A stretch of DNA of 64,000 nt from NCBI GenBank assembly GCA_963714275.1, contig CAVQNT010000003.1, forward strand, positions 1 through 64,000, given 5' to 3'. Positions 1 to 9,974 of the stretch are shown here, piece after piece (within the stretch, counting starts at the first letter, position 1; each line of letters begins with the position of its first letter). The notes under the pieces were generated by a model. It did not search any database. It was not told the DNA's origin and worked only from the letters and a program-made list of their open reading frames with translations. This DNA comes from Candidatus Bathyarchaeota archaeon. GTDB taxonomy: Archaea > Thermoproteota > Bathyarchaeia > Bathyarchaeales > DTEX01. The position numbers and the translations under genes are program-made.

Positions 1-110
1 CACACAAAACTAAATTGAATCATTGAGTTCTGCATTGAAAAGAATGTCATTGATAACGTCAATGAACAGATCTAAATAGCGGCTTTATTCATACCGCCTG
101 TCTATCATGA

Positions 111-1047
111 TTAGGGACCGATTTTGATGTTGCCATTTGAGGTTCTACCCCGAATTACAACTTGGACATTTTGGTCCTTGAATCCCGTTGTTCTCGCAAT
201 TTTGCTGGTTCTCTCGTTCTTAGTGTATTCTAGGGCAGTCAGGTCTATCGTGACTTTGCCATTGCTTGTTGAAAGGTCTAGGTCTGTACGCCACGTTCGA
301 CGATGACAAAACGGTGAGGGCCACCTGCCCGTTGCTTGTTTCTAAATTGTAGTTGCTGCTGTTTTTGCATGGGATTGTGAGCTCGATCTTTCCGTTGCTT
401 GTGTTAAGGACCGTGGATACTGCCTCAATCTCACCTGTGATTGCGCCGTTGCTACTGGAACCTTGGGTATTGTTCGCGTAAACATTGTTTAGAACCAGCC
501 TGACCGTTGCTTGTTTGGATGTCAATTGAGTCTCCGTTGATGTTGGTGAGGTAGATGCCGCCGTTGGACGACTGAAGGTCAAGGCTTATTGGGCAGCGAG
601 GTGGGAAGCCTTGCAGTCACCTCAATTGCAAGCTTTCTCAAATATCGGGAAAATCATAATTCAGCACGATTCTCAATGCGTTCTGGACTCTTTGTTCGGT
701 CACGCTTATGTTAAGGCTGTCGATGATGCTCTGCGCCTCGATATCTGTGTATCCTTTCGCCTTAATCGTCAGCTCAATCCGATATCCGGGAAATGGTCCC
801 ATGTAGATACATTTATCGGACCGTTTCTGTTCGCTACTGCCAGAACAATGGCATTAGCATTGACATTACCTTCAAATCGCATCGTCTTTTGAGCCTCTGT
901 ACCGAGCCATCCCAGAGAGCATGTCTCCATAGGGTATGGGAGCGTTGGCTTCTGACCTTTCCCGTTTCTTACACCACATGTAGGACAGAAATACGCGTTT
1001 TCAGGAAGATCTTTGCCACATTTTGGACAAAACACCATACCTATCAC
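111..1047 (-). pseudogene. Zinc-ribbon + DUF4097 (adhesin-like beta-solenoid) protein, disrupted
   Basis: N-terminal CPKCG..CPTCG zinc ribbon (769..1047). Downstream fragments carry repeated TSNG-x-I motifs (TSNGKI, TSNGQV, SNGAI). Several frame breaks and possible deletions. Confidence 0.6.
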
Positions 1048-1211
1048 CTATATAATATATCATGAAAATAAAAAGGGTTGCTTAAAAGAGATATCTGTTC
1101 TATCCTTATGGTCACAAAGAACCAAAAGGAGGGGACTATAAAAAAAGAATAAGTTCTTAAACTAACACACATAAAGAGAGTATACCTTTGCAGTGAGGAG
1201 GATTGTGTAGT

Positions 1212-2773
1212 ATGGATTTAAGAAAGGCTTGATATTTAGTATAACATGTGATTATTTCCGTGTTCATAATTCATCTTTCTCTTCCGTTTTTTGTCTCTGT
1301 TCATTTGTCTTTGGCAAATCCGGATTACACTTATTATGGCGTTGTTCCCGCAGAAATCTACAGATACATTCTCAACGATTGGGCCGAATTCGAAAACCCG
1401 TGGTTGAACCTTTCATCAGGCTGGATACTCGGACCTGAAAACTCAGGACTACTCGCTGGCTCATTAGCCCAGAACGGTTTCATGGTAGCAACAAAATCGC
1501 TGCTCGTGATTGTTGCATATGCGGACGACACCAACGTGGAGGTTTACGATCTAACGACGAGCATTCGGATTTCTCAAGGTAACTTAAACAGCATGGGGAA
1601 GCTTCTTGTTTTGCTCGATAATGGCACGCACTTCAAGGTAGTCTCAGACAAGATGGTTTCTGTGGAACTACTGAATTATCAGCAAATTCCGTCCGCCGAT
1701 GCATTGGTAGGACCGTTGCCCCACACCTACTATACATCCGTTAACGGTTTGTACGTCGACAAGGAATTCATGTTGATGGCTTCCGAGCAAATGGGCCTGT
1801 ACACTGACCAAGGATATGGCGCATTCTATACCATACTGGCTGTTGAAAAATCGACAGTCACGGTAACTGACGATGAGGGTGGTTCGAACTCATATTCGCT
1901 TGACGCCAACTCATACAAGTGCATAATGCTTGAACCCTTCAAAGTCTACAGAATCGAGTCCACAGGCAACATCATGGTCCAGTCAGGTTCGATCCCTGGC
2001 CCGGGGGGAAATTATAATGGAAATTCGTGTTATCCAGTTCCTGCTGCTGAAGGAGGGTTCGTTGGAACGTTCTTCATAACACGATCTAATAGAGAGAGTT
2101 GGGATAATGTCAAAGATTATGGATTCATGATATTGGCTTCCCAAGACACGAAAGTGAAATTGTTTGACCTTGACACTAAGCAATTAATAAACGAGATTTC
2201 AGTGACGGGCGGAAGCGGGATCACGATTAAACCGAAATACTCCGCAATAGTTTTGCAAAGCGACAACCCAATCACGGTATGCTACACTGACAGCGGCAAC
2301 ATCGAACAAGCAAAAGCCCAGCAAGGAGGAACATACGCCGGATACGGGAATGGAGTGATGTTCATTACCATTCAACCAGCAGAAGACACAATGATTCATT
2401 TGCCCACCGATGCACATGTCGAGACATACTTCTTCGCGAGCGAGGCAACCCAATTAATGATTGACGGCAACACCCAAACATTGCAGGCTAACGTTGGCTT
2501 ACTATACACTGTGCCAGGAACTCACACAATTCAATCCGACCACAATGTCGTCGTGCAAATCAACTTCTGGCCTCTCGTACCCAAAATCAAGGTCTCTGGT
2601 TCACTGGGGCAGCAATACCGTGCATAGAAACAGTGAACGACAACCCAAATGTTACATTATCGCCTATTGAGGGCTTTCCAATGATGTACGTGATCGTTGG
2701 GGCAGCTGTTGCAGCAGTCGCTGTGATTGTTGTACTCTTAGTAATGAGGAGATGCGGCGGCAAACCGAGCTAA
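1212..2773 (+). CDS. Secreted, C-terminally anchored IgGFc-binding-like surface protein, paralogue 1 (frameshifted)
   Basis: Signal-like N-terminus, then YYGVVP, DDTNVEVYDL, ESTGNIMVQS, SDNPITV. After a frameshift near 2590 it reads ...EGFPMMYVIVGAAVAAVAVIVVLLVMRRCGGKPS*. Aligns along its length with 45148..46660. Confidence 0.7.
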
Positions 2774-2848
2774 AAAACCATGGAAAAATCATGTTCGGTC
2801 CAAGTTGGCTGGTTCCAAAGAACAATAATAGCTCCCAATTTTTTATTT

Positions 2849-3049
2849 TTAGGAGCTAGTTGGTAGCCAGTCTAAGGCGTGCTGAGCGATCCAATCATGA
2901 GTCCCACAATCTAGATTGGATGGATCTGAACTGAAGCCACCATTGCTCCAAGCATAAACGACTTGAGATGAAAAAGACGAAAAAAAACATAAATGAAAAA
3001 ACAATACTTCTTTTTTATTTTCCCCATGTAGGTAATACCCAAATGTCAC
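2849..3049 (-). pseudogene. N-terminal relic of a zinc-dependent phospholipase C / P1-nuclease-family protein
   Basis: Signal peptide ending in VYA, then W-SNGG...GTHDWIAQHALDWLP (mature N-terminal Trp and THxxI zinc ligands). Truncated after about 35 mature residues. Confidence 0.6.
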
Positions 3050-3298
3050 AATGACTTACCAATAATATATAATTTTCATTCAAGAACTTTGCTGGTTCAA
3101 ACAAACAGAAAAAGATGGAAAAAAGACATATGCAAGAAGTCGCTTTCAATCATTGAATTTCTTAGTTAAAAGTAATGAAAATTTTAGTCAAATCCAAACT
3201 TCTCTATATAAAAAATAAAGAAAACACACAATGCAATAACATTTTAAATATCAAAAAAGAGATAATTCGGATTAATCAAAGTAAAAGAGCGAATTGGA

Positions 3299-3652
3299 AT
3301 GTTTATAAATATTGTTAGATGGCGTGTTCCTAAAGCGAATAGTAAAAAGCAATTTGAGGTCTGGCGTGAAATAATGGACTACCAGAGGTCTCATCCAGAG
3401 AAGGTTTACTACACTAGGTCTCGGTTCTTCACCTTTTCTGAAGAAGGATCGTCTGAGGAAAACTGGATGTTCCTGGATGAGTATGAGCACCGTGAAGATT
3501 ACAACAAATGGATGAAGGCTGTGCGTGAAGACCCAGAACTAATGAAACTCATGGACGATTGGTTCCCCAAATGGGACGCTCTGATTGTTCCTGGGTCTAG
3601 GAAAGGAGAAGTCTGGACTGAAGTTGAGAAGCTCAGGGTCAAGGTCAAGTAA
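3299..3652 (+). CDS. Small dimeric alpha/beta-barrel (ABM/NIPSNAP/DUF1428-like) protein
   Basis: 117 aa. Pattern IVRWRVPK...WMFLDEYEHREDY...EVWTEV is typical of ferredoxin-like barrel proteins. TTTAAATA box upstream. Confidence 0.5.
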   Translation: MFINIVRWRVPKANSKKQFEVWREIMDYQRSHPEKVYYTRSRFFTFSEEGSSEENWMFLDEYEHREDYNKWMKAVREDPELMKLMDDWFPKWDALIVPGSRKGEVWTEVEKLRVKVK

Positions 3653-3908
3653 GTGTTTGTCTTGAAAACTAGCTGACTCGGAAGATGAGCTTGATTGAGT
3701 TATCCGATGGAAGTTAGGCGAGCTTATCAAGATTGTGCCATTAGAGGAAAAACAGAATTTAAATTGCGTTCTTAATTGAAGTGTTTCTGTAAACGCCATT
3801 AGAACTATCCACAAATGTAAGCATCAATCCTTGGATCAGGACATTCTTCTTTATCTCTTCTTTTACACAATTGATAACTTATCAGGAAGGATGGAACGTA
3901 CAAGATTT

Positions 3909-3992
3909 AACGAGGAAACTGTTTTATTTGCCAAGTTTCTGAGAAATGAAAGAGAAACATGGATTCCCAGAACGTCTATTTTTGATTTCTAA
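3909..3992 (+). pseudogene. Putative Cas1-solo (casposase-like) C-terminal relic, copy A
   Basis: Translates NEETVLFAKFLRNERETWIPRTSIFDF*. This resembles, from recollection, the C-terminal tail of Bathyarchaeia Cas1-like proteins. Shares 39 identical bp with copy B. Confidence 0.5.
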
Positions 3993-4105
3993 CTTCTATC
4001 GAGAATTCTCTCGATATTTCTTTTCTCTTTTCTTCTTCTGTGCTCAATGAATTATTTTAGGCTTAAATATTCACGCGCGCTTAAATTCTTGGAGGGTGAT
4101 TCGTA

Positions 4106-4547
4106 ATGTCAATAAAAGAAATTAAGGCGCTCGAGCGTCATGTTCTTAGAGGAACACAACAAGGGAAAGGCGGCTGCCATGGCAGTAATGGACGAGGTAT
4201 ATGCCACTGACTTCGTCTATCACGGTAGCACCGAGAGCGAGGATATACACGGCCTTAAGGACTTAAAACAATCTATGAGCGAGTACTTCAACGTGTTTCC
4301 CGACCTTCATTACACCTTGGATGACATGGTCGTCGAAGGGGACAAGGTAGCGGTACGCTGCACAGTGACTGGCACACATAAAGGTGAATTTATGGGCATC
4401 CCCCCAACCAATAAGAAGGTGAAGGTGCAGGCAATCGCCATCGACCGTGTCGTTGGCGGCAAGATCGTGGAAGAATGGGGAATATCTGATACTCTGGGCT
4501 TGATGCAGCAACTCGGAGTTGTACCTACGCCTAAGAAGGGAACATAA
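4106..4547 (+). CDS. Ester cyclase / SnoaL-like (NTF2 fold) protein
   Basis: FPDLHYTLDDMVVEGDKVAVR..TGTHKGEFMGIPPT..GKIVEEW..D.LGLMQQLG. GGAGGG RBS. Frameshift near 4140. Confidence 0.9.
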
Positions 4548-4618
4548 CCTCACTGATACCATTCCAGACTTCAACTTCCACCTCTTTTTATGTTCGTATA
4601 GACTTGTTGTGTCAATGT

Positions 4619-4809
4619 GTGTTTTTTTGTGTGTGTGTTTTTAGAGAGAGTGTATATGTGTGAGTGAATGAGAAGGAAAGCAAGAGCGTATAAAAGATTT
4701 AGTGTGTGGGGATTAAATTTTTAACCTTTCTCTCTTTACTTTTCTATTACTCTATATATTACCCTCTTCACACACGCACAGGCGTGTGTGCGACTCACAC
4801 AAAAAACAC
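4619..4809. repeat. Quasi-palindromic MITE-like element, copy 1 (core GATTAAATTTTTAACC)
   Basis: Terminal inverted repeats GTGTTTTTTTGTGTG (4619-4633) and CACACAAAAAACAC (4796-4809). GT/GA-rich left arm, CA/CT-rich right arm, core at 4711-4726. Confidence 0.6.
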
Positions 4810-4928
4810 TAAACGATGTAATCAGGCGCTTCTCTGCACAAGCGACCACGTTCTCGCCACATATCAAGAACGAACTCGTCTATGATCTCATCAGCCTTCT
4901 TACGCTTAGGCTTCTTCTTAGCCATCAT
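4809..4928 (-). CDS. Small basic hypothetical protein (39 aa)
   Basis: MMAKKKPKRKKADEIIDEFVLDMWRERGRLCREAPDYIV*, preceded by a purine-rich GAGGAGAGG RBS-like sequence. Confidence 0.45.
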   Translation of the reverse strand: MMAKKKPKRKKADEIIDEFVLDMWRERGRLCREAPDYIV

Positions 4929-5155
4929 GCTTCCTCTCCTCTAAGCTTAGCCTAAAGCAGAAGACCTCTATCATTCATAGAATTTCTGATTTAACTCTCA
5001 AAGAAGCTATCTGGATAGATCGGGAAACAGACTACAAGAAAGACTATCCAGAGTTACCTCCATTTATTACTGATTCAGTCAAACTATTTGGATTATATCC
5101 AGTAGCGATAATGAAAAAGATATTTGATGAGCTTAGAGAGAAGAGAGGAAATAGC

Positions 5156-5361
5156 ATGAAGAACACTGAATGTACAATCTACATTACTACCAAAAATGGC
5201 TGGGTACAGAGTGACCGTAAGGGGAAGAATGGCTGGACACAAACTAGCCAAAATGGTAAAGTTCGCCAGCTCAAGTGCAGAGCAGTCTGTTGTCACACAT
5301 CCTCCCTCGACTTGCAGTAGCTGGAAACCTTAGTGTTAGGGTGGAGCCTGATGCCAAATGA
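5156..5361 (+). CDS. Small hypothetical protein (frameshifted)
   Basis: MKNTECTIYITTKNGWVQ..KNGWTQTSQNGKVRQL, continuing out of frame as ..AEQ.LSHILPRLAVAGNLSVRVEPDAK*. Confidence 0.4.
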
Positions 5362-5374
5362 GATATATGGAGAT

Positions 5375-5472
5375 GGAAGTCTGGGAATCCATGTTTCTCT
5401 TTCATTTCTCAGAAACTTAGCAAACAACAAGGCTTCTTCATTAATCAGCGTTTCTAAGGTCTGCTTACTGCC
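5375..5472 (-). pseudogene. Putative Cas1-solo (casposase-like) C-terminal relic, copy B
   Basis: Translates GSKQTLETLINEEALLFAKFLRNERETWIPRL. Begins directly after the ACTAGCTCACT motif. Inverted relative to copy A. Confidence 0.55.
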
Positions 5473-5740
5473 AGTGAGCTAGTCATGGTCTGAGAATATG
5501 CGGATAGTAGCTTGGGTTACTCTTTTATCGCATAATCAAGGATTGCTCAAATGGTTTCTGATGCAATGTATAAAGCAAGGTTCAACCTTGAAGGTTTCGC
5601 CAAAGGGAGATAAGCCACCACCAAGAGTTGTTTTTCGTTATGGTAGACAAGAGAAGCAAATTCGAAGTTTTCTAAGCTTCCGAAAACTCATCAATAATAT
5701 TTTATGGAACTTGAACGGTTAGTAACCGCAGATTAACGAT

Positions 5741-5840
5741 CATTATTCGGTTATTGTTCGTTTGTTGTTTGTTCATTGTTCGGTTATATGTTCGTTCATT
5801 GTTCGGTAATTGTTCGTTCACTACTCGGTCATTCTCGGTT
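5741..5840. repeat. Array of about nine 11-bp direct repeats, consensus YATTGTTCGKT (iteron-like)
   Basis: cattattcggt|tattgttcgtt|tgttgtttgtt|cattgttcggt|tatatgttcgtt|cattgttcggt|aattgttcgtt|cactactcggt|cattctcggtt, followed by a T-rich tract at about 5885-5950. Confidence 0.8.
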
Positions 5841-5990
5841 TTCACTTGATAGACATATGGATATGAATTGAACAATATTTGTGTGTTTTTTTTATTTTTT
5901 ATATTTTATTTTTTATACACAAAAAAAGAGAAACGGGCGGATTATTTTTTTCTTAGGTGGGGCAAAGACTTGAACATCGCTGGTTGTTGG

Positions 5991-6341
5991 TTATTTCTTT
6001 TTAGGTGGAACAGGCGTTTGCACATCACTTGTTGTTCGGTACACCACGCTTGAAACAAACCTCGTATTATCCGTGAAGTCCCATGTCTTATCAGAGTACT
6101 CTTGCATAGTTTTTGATGCCCTTATCTTGTCTAAAGTTGCCCAATTGGGAATTTCATACCAGTCGATAATAGCATCATCGCCAAATCCAAGAATGGGGAA
6201 GTATGTGTCAATGTATTTAAAGCCTGTTTCCTTTTCCTCTCTTTTGAAAAGGTCTTTTGCATCGTCAGAAAGGAGCCATTTCTGATATTCAGCCATTTTT
6301 TCCGCCTTAATATAGTATTTCGCAGCAAGAAACATCTTCAA
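5991..6341 (-). CDS. Small dimeric alpha/beta-barrel (NIPSNAP/ABM-like) protein
   Basis: 116 aa, KYYIKAEKMAEYQKWL...DWYEIPNWATLDK. GGAGGAG RBS. Confidence 0.55.
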   Translation of the reverse strand: MKMFLAAKYYIKAEKMAEYQKWLLSDDAKDLFKREEKETGFKYIDTYFPILGFGDDAIIDWYEIPNWATLDKIRASKTMQEYSDKTWDFTDNTRFVSSVVYRTTSDVQTPVPPKKK

Positions 6342-6399
6342 ACTCCTCCAACAATTCTCTTCATTGCATGATCATAAAAGCTTATCGTAGAAAACATGA

Positions 6400-6572
6400 G
6401 GGTGAGAGTGAGATTGGGTTTGGTTTGGGGGTTAAAAATTTAATCTTTTCTTCTTCTACAACTACTAACGTTTTCTATCCGTCCTTCTCTAGTCCTTTAC
6501 CTCTCTCTCCTCACAATACGAAAAAATATACTCATACACATGTGAGAGAGAATAATACATCACACAAAAAAC
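6400..6572. repeat. Diverged second copy of the GATTAAATTTTTAACC element (inverted)
   Basis: Exact reverse-complement core GGTTAAAAATTTAATC at 6430-6445. Ends in CACACAAAAAAC (6561-6572). A partial third core lies at 13467-13480. Confidence 0.55.
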
Positions 6573-6618
6573 CTAGAGTAAGGTATTCTCATTTCTTAAA
6601 AGAACTAGCTTGTTTTAA

Positions 6619-7409
6619 TTAGTGTTCGACAATCTTTGGCAGGGCTTTTGCTATCATACTCCCATGATATGGGTCTAAGGCTGATTTCATATTTCTGTTA
6701 ATTCGTTTTTGATATTCGGTGAACATTCTTTCTATCTCTTTATGGCTTGTATTGGCCAGATGCTCAAGTGTCTTGAATCCCATACTGTAATAATGGTTTA
6801 CACATTTCCCTCTGCAAAATGGGATGCGGCTAAAATCTGCCTTGTTTAGTAATTCATACAAGAACTCCTCGGGAACACTAGTTTCTTTCGATAATTTTTT
6901 TCTTCCCGCTTTTGTGTGTCCCACCTCGAATAAATCAAGGGTGAACTTAATATTGTTTTTACGTAAAGTCATTGCGAATTTCTGTTCATCATGTTTTCCT
7001 TGTCCACTAATTCACTTAAATAAATTTTTTGGGGAAGAACCCAACTTCGTAGATAGTGAAGAAACCCGATCAAATCGTTAATTGTAATATTAGTTTTTTG
7101 AAGAAACAATTCAGCCTTTTCTTTGGTATCTATCGTTAATAATAAACCAGTATAACAGGAAATGCCTGACTCATTAAAATGCTTAATTATTTTTTTAATA
7201 AATGCGGAATATTGGACATACCGTTGTTTAGGGTCACTATCTAGCATTTTTTCAACAAAATGTATGCTTTCATCCATACTATGATCATAATTCTTTTTAA
7301 TGACAGAATACGAAAAAACATCCAGAAATAATTTTATTAACCCTTCATAAGTTTTTGCGCCCGTTCCACCCAAATCTATTTTAGACCAGTTAATTTCCAC
7401 CTGAAACAC
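6619..7409 (-). CDS. DUF4332-like (helix-hairpin-helix) protein, frameshifted
   Basis: Two adjacent ORFs. C-terminal TKAGRKKLSKETSVPEEFLYELLNKADFSRIP..G..YYSMGFKTLEHLA matches the DUF4332 pattern. Confidence 0.65.
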
Positions 7410-7450
7410 CTTAAATCTTCAATCATTATATCGATATTTGACTAGCTCAG

Positions 7451-8446
7451 CTACATGACAGAAGGCAGATGCGGACCTGAAAGGATTTCCTTTATCACTT
7501 CCATTGTTTTAGCAGCGTCTCCGAAGTTTGTTATGGGTTGCATGTCCGCCTTTATGCAGTCGATGAAGTTGCGGTTTATCTGAAAAGAACCGTCAAGATG
7601 CGTTTGTGGTGCGTTGTTCCCAATTATTTCTTCATTCTTGACAATGTTTACTTCTTGATAGGGTTGATTGTCCTTCAGGATTTTGTAATAATCTATTCCA
7701 CGTATCCCAGGAATGTCACCATAGGCCGAGATGCCTTTGGAGTACATCTCGAAGTATAGGACTCGTCCGCCCGAAGTTCTATTACTGGTAAGGATGCCCA
7801 CTCCGCCACTTTCGAATTCTAACACGGCAGTGTAAAAGTTCAAATGATCCTGTGTGTTGTTGTATAGTTGCCCGCTTAGGCTTCGAACCTTCTTGACGTC
7901 GCCACCAATCCAACGCAGTAAATCCACTACGTGGACAACATCATGGGTAAGACTGTCATATTCACCTTTCCACTCACCATACTTATGGAATGCCGTCATA
8001 CAATATAGGATTCTTCCTCTTTCCTCCACAATCTTTTTCGCCTCAACGACGCAGGGATGAAAGCGCCTTTGGAAGCCGACCGCGGTCTTGCAGTCGTTCT
8101 CTTTGGCTAGTTTAGCCCATTTTATTGTTTCTTTAACATCGGTGCCTGGTGGCTTCTCAATAAATATATTTTTACCTCGTTTGAGAGAGTAGGTCACTAG
8201 GGGATCTAAAAACGTTGGTTGCATAATGATGTATACTGCGTCTAAATCCATCTTCTTAAGCATTAATTTGTAGTCTGTGTATCGCCCCCTGATTCCATAT
8301 TTATTTGCGGTGGATTTCACCCTCTCCTCGTTCAAATCGCATATTGCCATCATTTCTATATCGCTCATTTCAGATAGAGAAGCATAATGCGTTTGCGCAC
8401 GACCGCCTGCCCCAATCATTCCAATTTTTATCTTATCCATTTTCAC
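7451..8446 (-). CDS. Gfo/Idh/MocA family oxidoreductase
   Basis: IGMIGAGG Rossmann motif, IEKP, GFQRRF, HDVVHVVD. Confidence 0.92.
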   Translation of the reverse strand: MKMDKIKIGMIGAGGRAQTHYASLSEMSDIEMMAICDLNEERVKSTANKYGIRGRYTDYKLMLKKMDLDAVYIIMQPTFLDPLVTYSLKRGKNIFIEKPPGTDVKETIKWAKLAKENDCKTAVGFQRRFHPCVVEAKKIVEERGRILYCMTAFHKYGEWKGEYDSLTHDVVHVVDLLRWIGGDVKKVRSLSGQLYNNTQDHLNFYTAVLEFESGGVGILTSNRTSGGRVLYFEMYSKGISAYGDIPGIRGIDYYKILKDNQPYQEVNIVKNEEIIGNNAPQTHLDGSFQINRNFIDCIKADMQPITNFGDAAKTMEVIKEILSGPHLPSVM

Positions 8447-8618
8447 AACGCTTCATGGAATAACAATGTTTCACTATTAAAATCCTCCCTTCTAAATTAG
8501 CTAACTTGCGATTCAACTTAGTATCCAGAACGGACTGGGAGCTAGATTCCATCAAAAAAGACACAACACAAAGTTATCCTATGTTTTCACAGCACCAAAG
8601 TTTTAATAACTCACTTTC

Positions 8619-9928
8619 ATGACATTGATGAAATTGATGAAAAAAATGACGAAAAATCTTGTGGAAGATACCGATTCTTGGAGTTCATCGTCTCCAGAAC
8701 CATCGCTAGCACCCAAATTCAGAGTTGAGAAGGCTGAATCCGGTGGAGACGTTCTTGTAATTGCTGGAGGTGGGAACCCATACTGTTTTGGTAGATGGAC
8801 GAGGCATATTCCAGTTGAAGGTGGCAAAACCTACAGATTTAAAGTACGTTTTCAATTTACTGGAATCGATGACCTAAACCTCAATGTTCTTAATATGCTA
8901 ACCTGGAGGGTGGGAAATAATCCTGAAACTCAATGCCCTCAAGATTATATAGAACACCTCTATAAGGAAAAAGACTACGTAATTGGTGAACAAGTTTTCA
9001 CAGCTAAAAAAGAAGCTTAATGGCGTAGATTTAGGTCTTCTTTTACGCTTCATCGCTGAAGGTGAAGTTAAATGGAATCTGGTAGAATTTATTGAAGATA
9101 AGCCTCCAAAACCAAGATACGTTACTGTAGTAACTATGCGGGGAAAGCCAAGCCAGCCTAGTATGCTAATAAAGAATTTAAAGTATTGGGCTGATCTGAT
9201 AGATCTTGCGGCATCGTATAAACCTGATTTAATTTGTCTTCCAGAAGCTATGAATGCATATTCAATCGTCCAAACTTCACTCTATGAAGTGGCTGAACCT
9301 ATACCTGGTCCAACATATAAAATGATGAAAGAAAAGGCCAAAAAATATCAAACATATGTCTGTGGATGCTTTTACGAGCGAGAGCAAAATTTTGTCTTCA
9401 ATACTGCAGTTCTCTTTGATAGAAAGGGGAATGTGGTTGGAAAGTATCGTAAGGTTCATCCCTACTGGCCAGAAGAACTTCAAGGTTGTAGTCCAGGAGA
9501 TGATCTTCCAGTCTTTAAGACCGATTTTGGTACTGTGGGAATCGTTATTTGTTACGACAGACTGGTTTGCCGAGACAACTAGGCTTCTTGCACTTAAGGG
9601 TGCAGAAATTATTCTTTTTCCCAACGCTGGATATGAAAAGAAATTATTACCTGCCCGAGCTATCGATAATAATGTTTACTTCGTAGTAGCTTCCTTGTTT
9701 AGTAACGCAGTCATCATGGATACGCTTGGAGACGCCTTGGTTGAAGCCAGTTCTGACGGCATCATATCAGCTAAGATTGATCTGAATAGTAAACCTACAC
9801 CTCATCCTAATGCTGGAGGAACCTTGAATGCAAGTCCCGGGGGAAGACGAGGAACACGTAATTCACCTTCCTTGAAGTTGTACCAAGAGATTCTGCGGGA
9901 AGTTGCCCGATGGAAAAGCAAGACATAG
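8619..9928 (+). CDS. Carbon-nitrogen hydrolase (nitrilase family) with N-terminal beta-sandwich extension, frameshifted
   Basis: Catalytic triad motifs LPE, YRKVH and ICYD, plus GAEIILFP. Three overlapping ORFs. Confidence 0.85.
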
Positions 9929-9974
9929 TAGCTAGCCAATAACACTTTCTTTACCCTATTGTTTAGCAACATGG

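Noticed and set aside
1-14. CACACAAAAC at the window start as the end of another MITE-like copy
   Set aside because: Too short and cut by the window edge.
5741-5840. CRISPR array
   Set aside because: The 11-bp units are contiguous with no unique spacers, and no cas operon is present.
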